Both the position numbers and the translations under genes were made by a program. A stretch of DNA of 64,000 nucleotides from contig CAJIZT010000009.1 in assembly GCA_905182015.1 (NCBI GenBank), positions 6,469 through 70,468 of the forward strand, given 5' to 3'. Shown piece after piece: positions 60,758-64,000 of this stretch; position 1 is the first letter of the stretch, and each line of letters starts with the position of its first letter. This DNA comes from an alpha proteobacterium MED-G09. Its GTDB lineage: Bacteria > Pseudomonadota > Alphaproteobacteria > MED-G09. Under the pieces are notes generated by a model. That model was not told the DNA's origin. It did no database searches and saw only the letters and a list, made by a program, of their open reading frames with translations.

Positions 60758-61672
60758 ATGGGAGTTCTTGAAGGAAAAGTGCTTTTAATTACCGGGGCAG
60801 CAAACGGTATAGGTAAGGAAACAGCTTTATTAGCTGCACGCGAAGGTGCTCGATTGGTCATTAATGACCTAGGAGGATCAGTGGCAGGCGGTGATGAAGG
60901 TGATGAAAAGCCAATTGAAATAATAAAAAAAGAAATTATCGCAGCTGGTGGCCAAGCAATTTCTAATACAGATTCTGTAACAGACAGAAAAGGTACGGAA
61001 TATATGATTCAGCAAGCGCTTGATGAATATGGCGAACTTCACTCAATAATAAATCCTGCTGGAATATTGAGAGATAAAATGTTCCATAAAATGGAAGAAG
61101 AAGACTGGGATTCAGTTCTTTCTGTTCACCTCAAGGGAAGCTTTAATGTTACCAGATCAGCAATAAATTATTTTAGAGAAAAAGAGGAAGGTAATTTTGT
61201 TCTTTTTACTTCAACAACCGGTTTGATAGGGAACATAGGACAAGCTAACTATGCAGCTGCAAAACTTGGAATACATGGATTATCGAGAATAATAGCCATG
61301 GAAAATGAAATTAAAAATATTAGGTCTAATGTTATAGCCCCATTCGCTTGGACTAGAATGATTGCTACAATTCCTATCAAGGATGAAGCATCAAAACAAA
61401 GAGTGGAAAGGATGAAAAGTGCTATGCGTCCAGATCAAGTTGCCCAAACCGCGGTGGCGTTAGCGGCCCCTGAATGCAAGCTATCTGGTCAAATTTTATC
61501 TGTAAGAGGGAACGAGGTATCACTATTTAGCCAACCTAGACCAATAAAAAGTATTGCAGACAAAAGCGGATGGACGCCTGAGAAACTCCTGAACTCAGCT
61601 TTTCCAGCATTTGATGCTGTAGCCCCAGACCTAGGAGCAACTGTTACAGTCTTCCCTTATGAGCCATTCTAA
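60758..61672 (+). CDS. SDR family oxidoreductase, MFE-2/hydroxyacyl-CoA dehydrogenase-like
   Basis: TGAANGIGKE, the NDLGG motif, NPAGILRD and the YAAAK catalytic motif. A strong AGGAGG Shine-Dalgarno sequence lies upstream. Confidence 0.8.
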   Translation: MGVLEGKVLLITGAANGIGKETALLAAREGARLVINDLGGSVAGGDEGDEKPIEIIKKEIIAAGGQAISNTDSVTDRKGTEYMIQQALDEYGELHSIINPAGILRDKMFHKMEEEDWDSVLSVHLKGSFNVTRSAINYFREKEEGNFVLFTSTTGLIGNIGQANYAAAKLGIHGLSRIIAMENEIKNIRSNVIAPFAWTRMIATIPIKDEASKQRVERMKSAMRPDQVAQTAVALAAPECKLSGQILSVRGNEVSLFSQPRPIKSIADKSGWTPEKLLNSAFPAFDAVAPDLGATVTVFPYEPF

Positions 61673-62610
61673 ACATAAATATAAGCCATATATAAAAAGT
61701 ATGTGAGAAATGAAAATAAACCAAATAACCTCGGGTTGGTTGGTTTATTTTTTGCAATATACAAAACCCAAAAACTTGTACTAAGAAGAACAATCAAGTC
61801 AATTGACGTGAAGCTATCAGAAAAATCAATTGTGCCACTGATTAAAGTAGAAATCCCCAGAACGCCAAAGATATTAAATATATTAGAACCCACAATATTT
61901 CCCAAAGCAACACTGCCTTCCTTTCTTACAAATGCAGCAACTGTTACAGATAGTTCTGGAAGAGATGTTCCTATCGCAGCCAAACTAATTCCAATGATTG
62001 ATTCTGGTATACCGTAATTACTAGAGATTTTAATTAAACCATCAATAAATAATTCAGATCCAATAATTAAGAATCCAAATCCAATGAGTAAATTAATAAT
62101 AATAATAAAATTTGAACTTTCACTTAAATAAATAAGGTTATTATCATTTTTATTAAAAATTTTATATGACAAGTACAAGTAAAGAGGCAGGGAAAGGACC
62201 ATCAAAAAAGCCCAGGGTTTTATAATTGATGAGGAGTAAATAAAGTAGCATAAAAGAATTGTTGCCCCTATCATCACAGAAATATCTTTTGTAGATATAG
62301 ATTCAACTAATTTATCTTTAGTTAAAAATAGAGAAACACCCATAACAAGAAGAACATTTGCAATATTTGAACCTAATATTCCTCCAATTGCGATATCAGG
62401 CTTTCCATTCTCCAAGGCACTAATTGTAACGAAAAGTTCAGGAAGTGAAGTTCCAAAACCTAAAACAAAAACACCTATAACAAAGGGCGGCACCTTAAGT
62501 TTACTTGAAATATCTTTTGCACCCAGAACTAATCTATCACCCCCCAAAGCGAGCATTACAATTCCAATAGGAAAGAAAAGAGTTTCTAAGAACATTACTT
62601 TATTTATCAA
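61669..62610 (-). CDS. CaCA-family Na+/Ca2+ (K+-dependent-type, YrbG-like) antiporter
   Basis: Ten-TM-type hydrophobic protein carrying the two alpha-repeat motifs GTSLPEL (twice) and G.I.GSNI.N (twice). Confidence 0.85.
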   Translation of the reverse strand: MINKVMFLETLFFPIGIVMLALGGDRLVLGAKDISSKLKVPPFVIGVFVLGFGTSLPELFVTISALENGKPDIAIGGILGSNIANVLLVMGVSLFLTKDKLVESISTKDISVMIGATILLCYFIYSSSIIKPWAFLMVLSLPLYLYLSYKIFNKNDNNLIYLSESSNFIIIINLLIGFGFLIIGSELFIDGLIKISSNYGIPESIIGISLAAIGTSLPELSVTVAAFVRKEGSVALGNIVGSNIFNIFGVLGISTLISGTIDFSDSFTSIDLIVLLSTSFWVLYIAKNKPTNPRLFGLFSFLTYFLYMAYIYV

Positions 62611-62831
62611 CCTAGTTAAATTTAGTCTATTAATTTAAGCAGATAAGTATCAAATACATAGAGAAAACAAAATTTATACAGAAATAAAGATTTTAATATT
62701 TATAAAATATTACTTTCTTTTGGTAAATAATTGACTTTTTTAATGAATTTTATCAAATTTTACTAAAACTTTACTTATTTTTCATAAAAAAGTATAAAAA
62801 TTTAGATAAATATTACAAATATTGCTCTAAG

Positions 62832-62840
62832 CCCTTGACA
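62832..62840 (+). promoter_or_regulatory. candidate -35 element CCCTTGACA upstream of groES (sigma-32 or sigma-70 type); -10 not convincingly identified
   Basis: CCCTTGAC matches 7 of 8 positions of the CCCTTGAA heat-shock -35. TTGACA is also a perfect sigma-70 -35, with TACCTA 17 nt downstream. No CIRCE inverted repeat is present in the spacer. Confidence 0.3.
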
Positions 62841-62943
62841 CCGAGGCAAAGGATAACTACCTAAGATTAACCTGAGGCAATAATAAATTTAGTTGGACCT
62901 CATGGTATTTTAATAATTTTTTATTTATAAGTGGAGAAAAAAA

Positions 62944-64000
<1,057 letters not shown>

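Overview
This is a 64 kb, very gene-dense, AT-rich chromosomal segment (about 35% G+C in 3.6 kb of coding sequence counted by hand). I support 63 protein-coding genes and one tRNA. Two of the genes are truncated by the window edges and are missing from the ORF track: nadC at the left and groEL at the right.

Gene content and local synteny are typical of a free-living, streamlined alphaproteobacterium, either Pelagibacterales/SAR11-like or a neighbouring marine lineage. The supporting gene groups are:
- the split F0 operon atpI-atpB-atpE-b'-b
- petABC (cytochrome bc1)
- DUF721(DciA)/mutY, divergently arranged
- yqeY-dnaG-rpoD
- msbA-DUF374-waaA-lpxK
- ybjN-proC
- DUF1285-NUDIX-cca
- groESL

Many neighbouring genes overlap by 4 nt (ATGA/TTGA) or abut with no spacer. 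Only three spacers approach or exceed 300 bp: 27469-27757, 42070-42383 and 62611-62943.

Everything here is core housekeeping: translation, replication and repair, envelope/LPS, respiration, and pyrimidine, isoprenoid and molybdopterin synthesis. I see no transposases, integrases, prophage genes, CRISPR arrays, toxin-antitoxin pairs or recognisable defence islands, and I cannot honestly point to a clear novel system.

The items most worth a second look are:
1. A pyruvate phosphate dikinase-like protein (978-2666) that keeps the ATP-grasp and phosphohistidine domains but ends exactly where the PEP/pyruvate TIM barrel should begin.
2. The 314-bp repeat-rich spacer upstream of uvrC, which has one perfect and several degenerate DnaA boxes plus nested inverted repeats. 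My hand G/C tallies do not support a replication-polarity switch there.
3. Hinge-proximal internal duplications of roughly 80 codons in both coiled-coil arms of SMC.
4. A family-4 UDG-like protein in which the catalytic and Fe-S motifs are all substituted.

Many ORFs start on TTG in the supplied track, so several start coordinates are uncertain by 10-30 nt.
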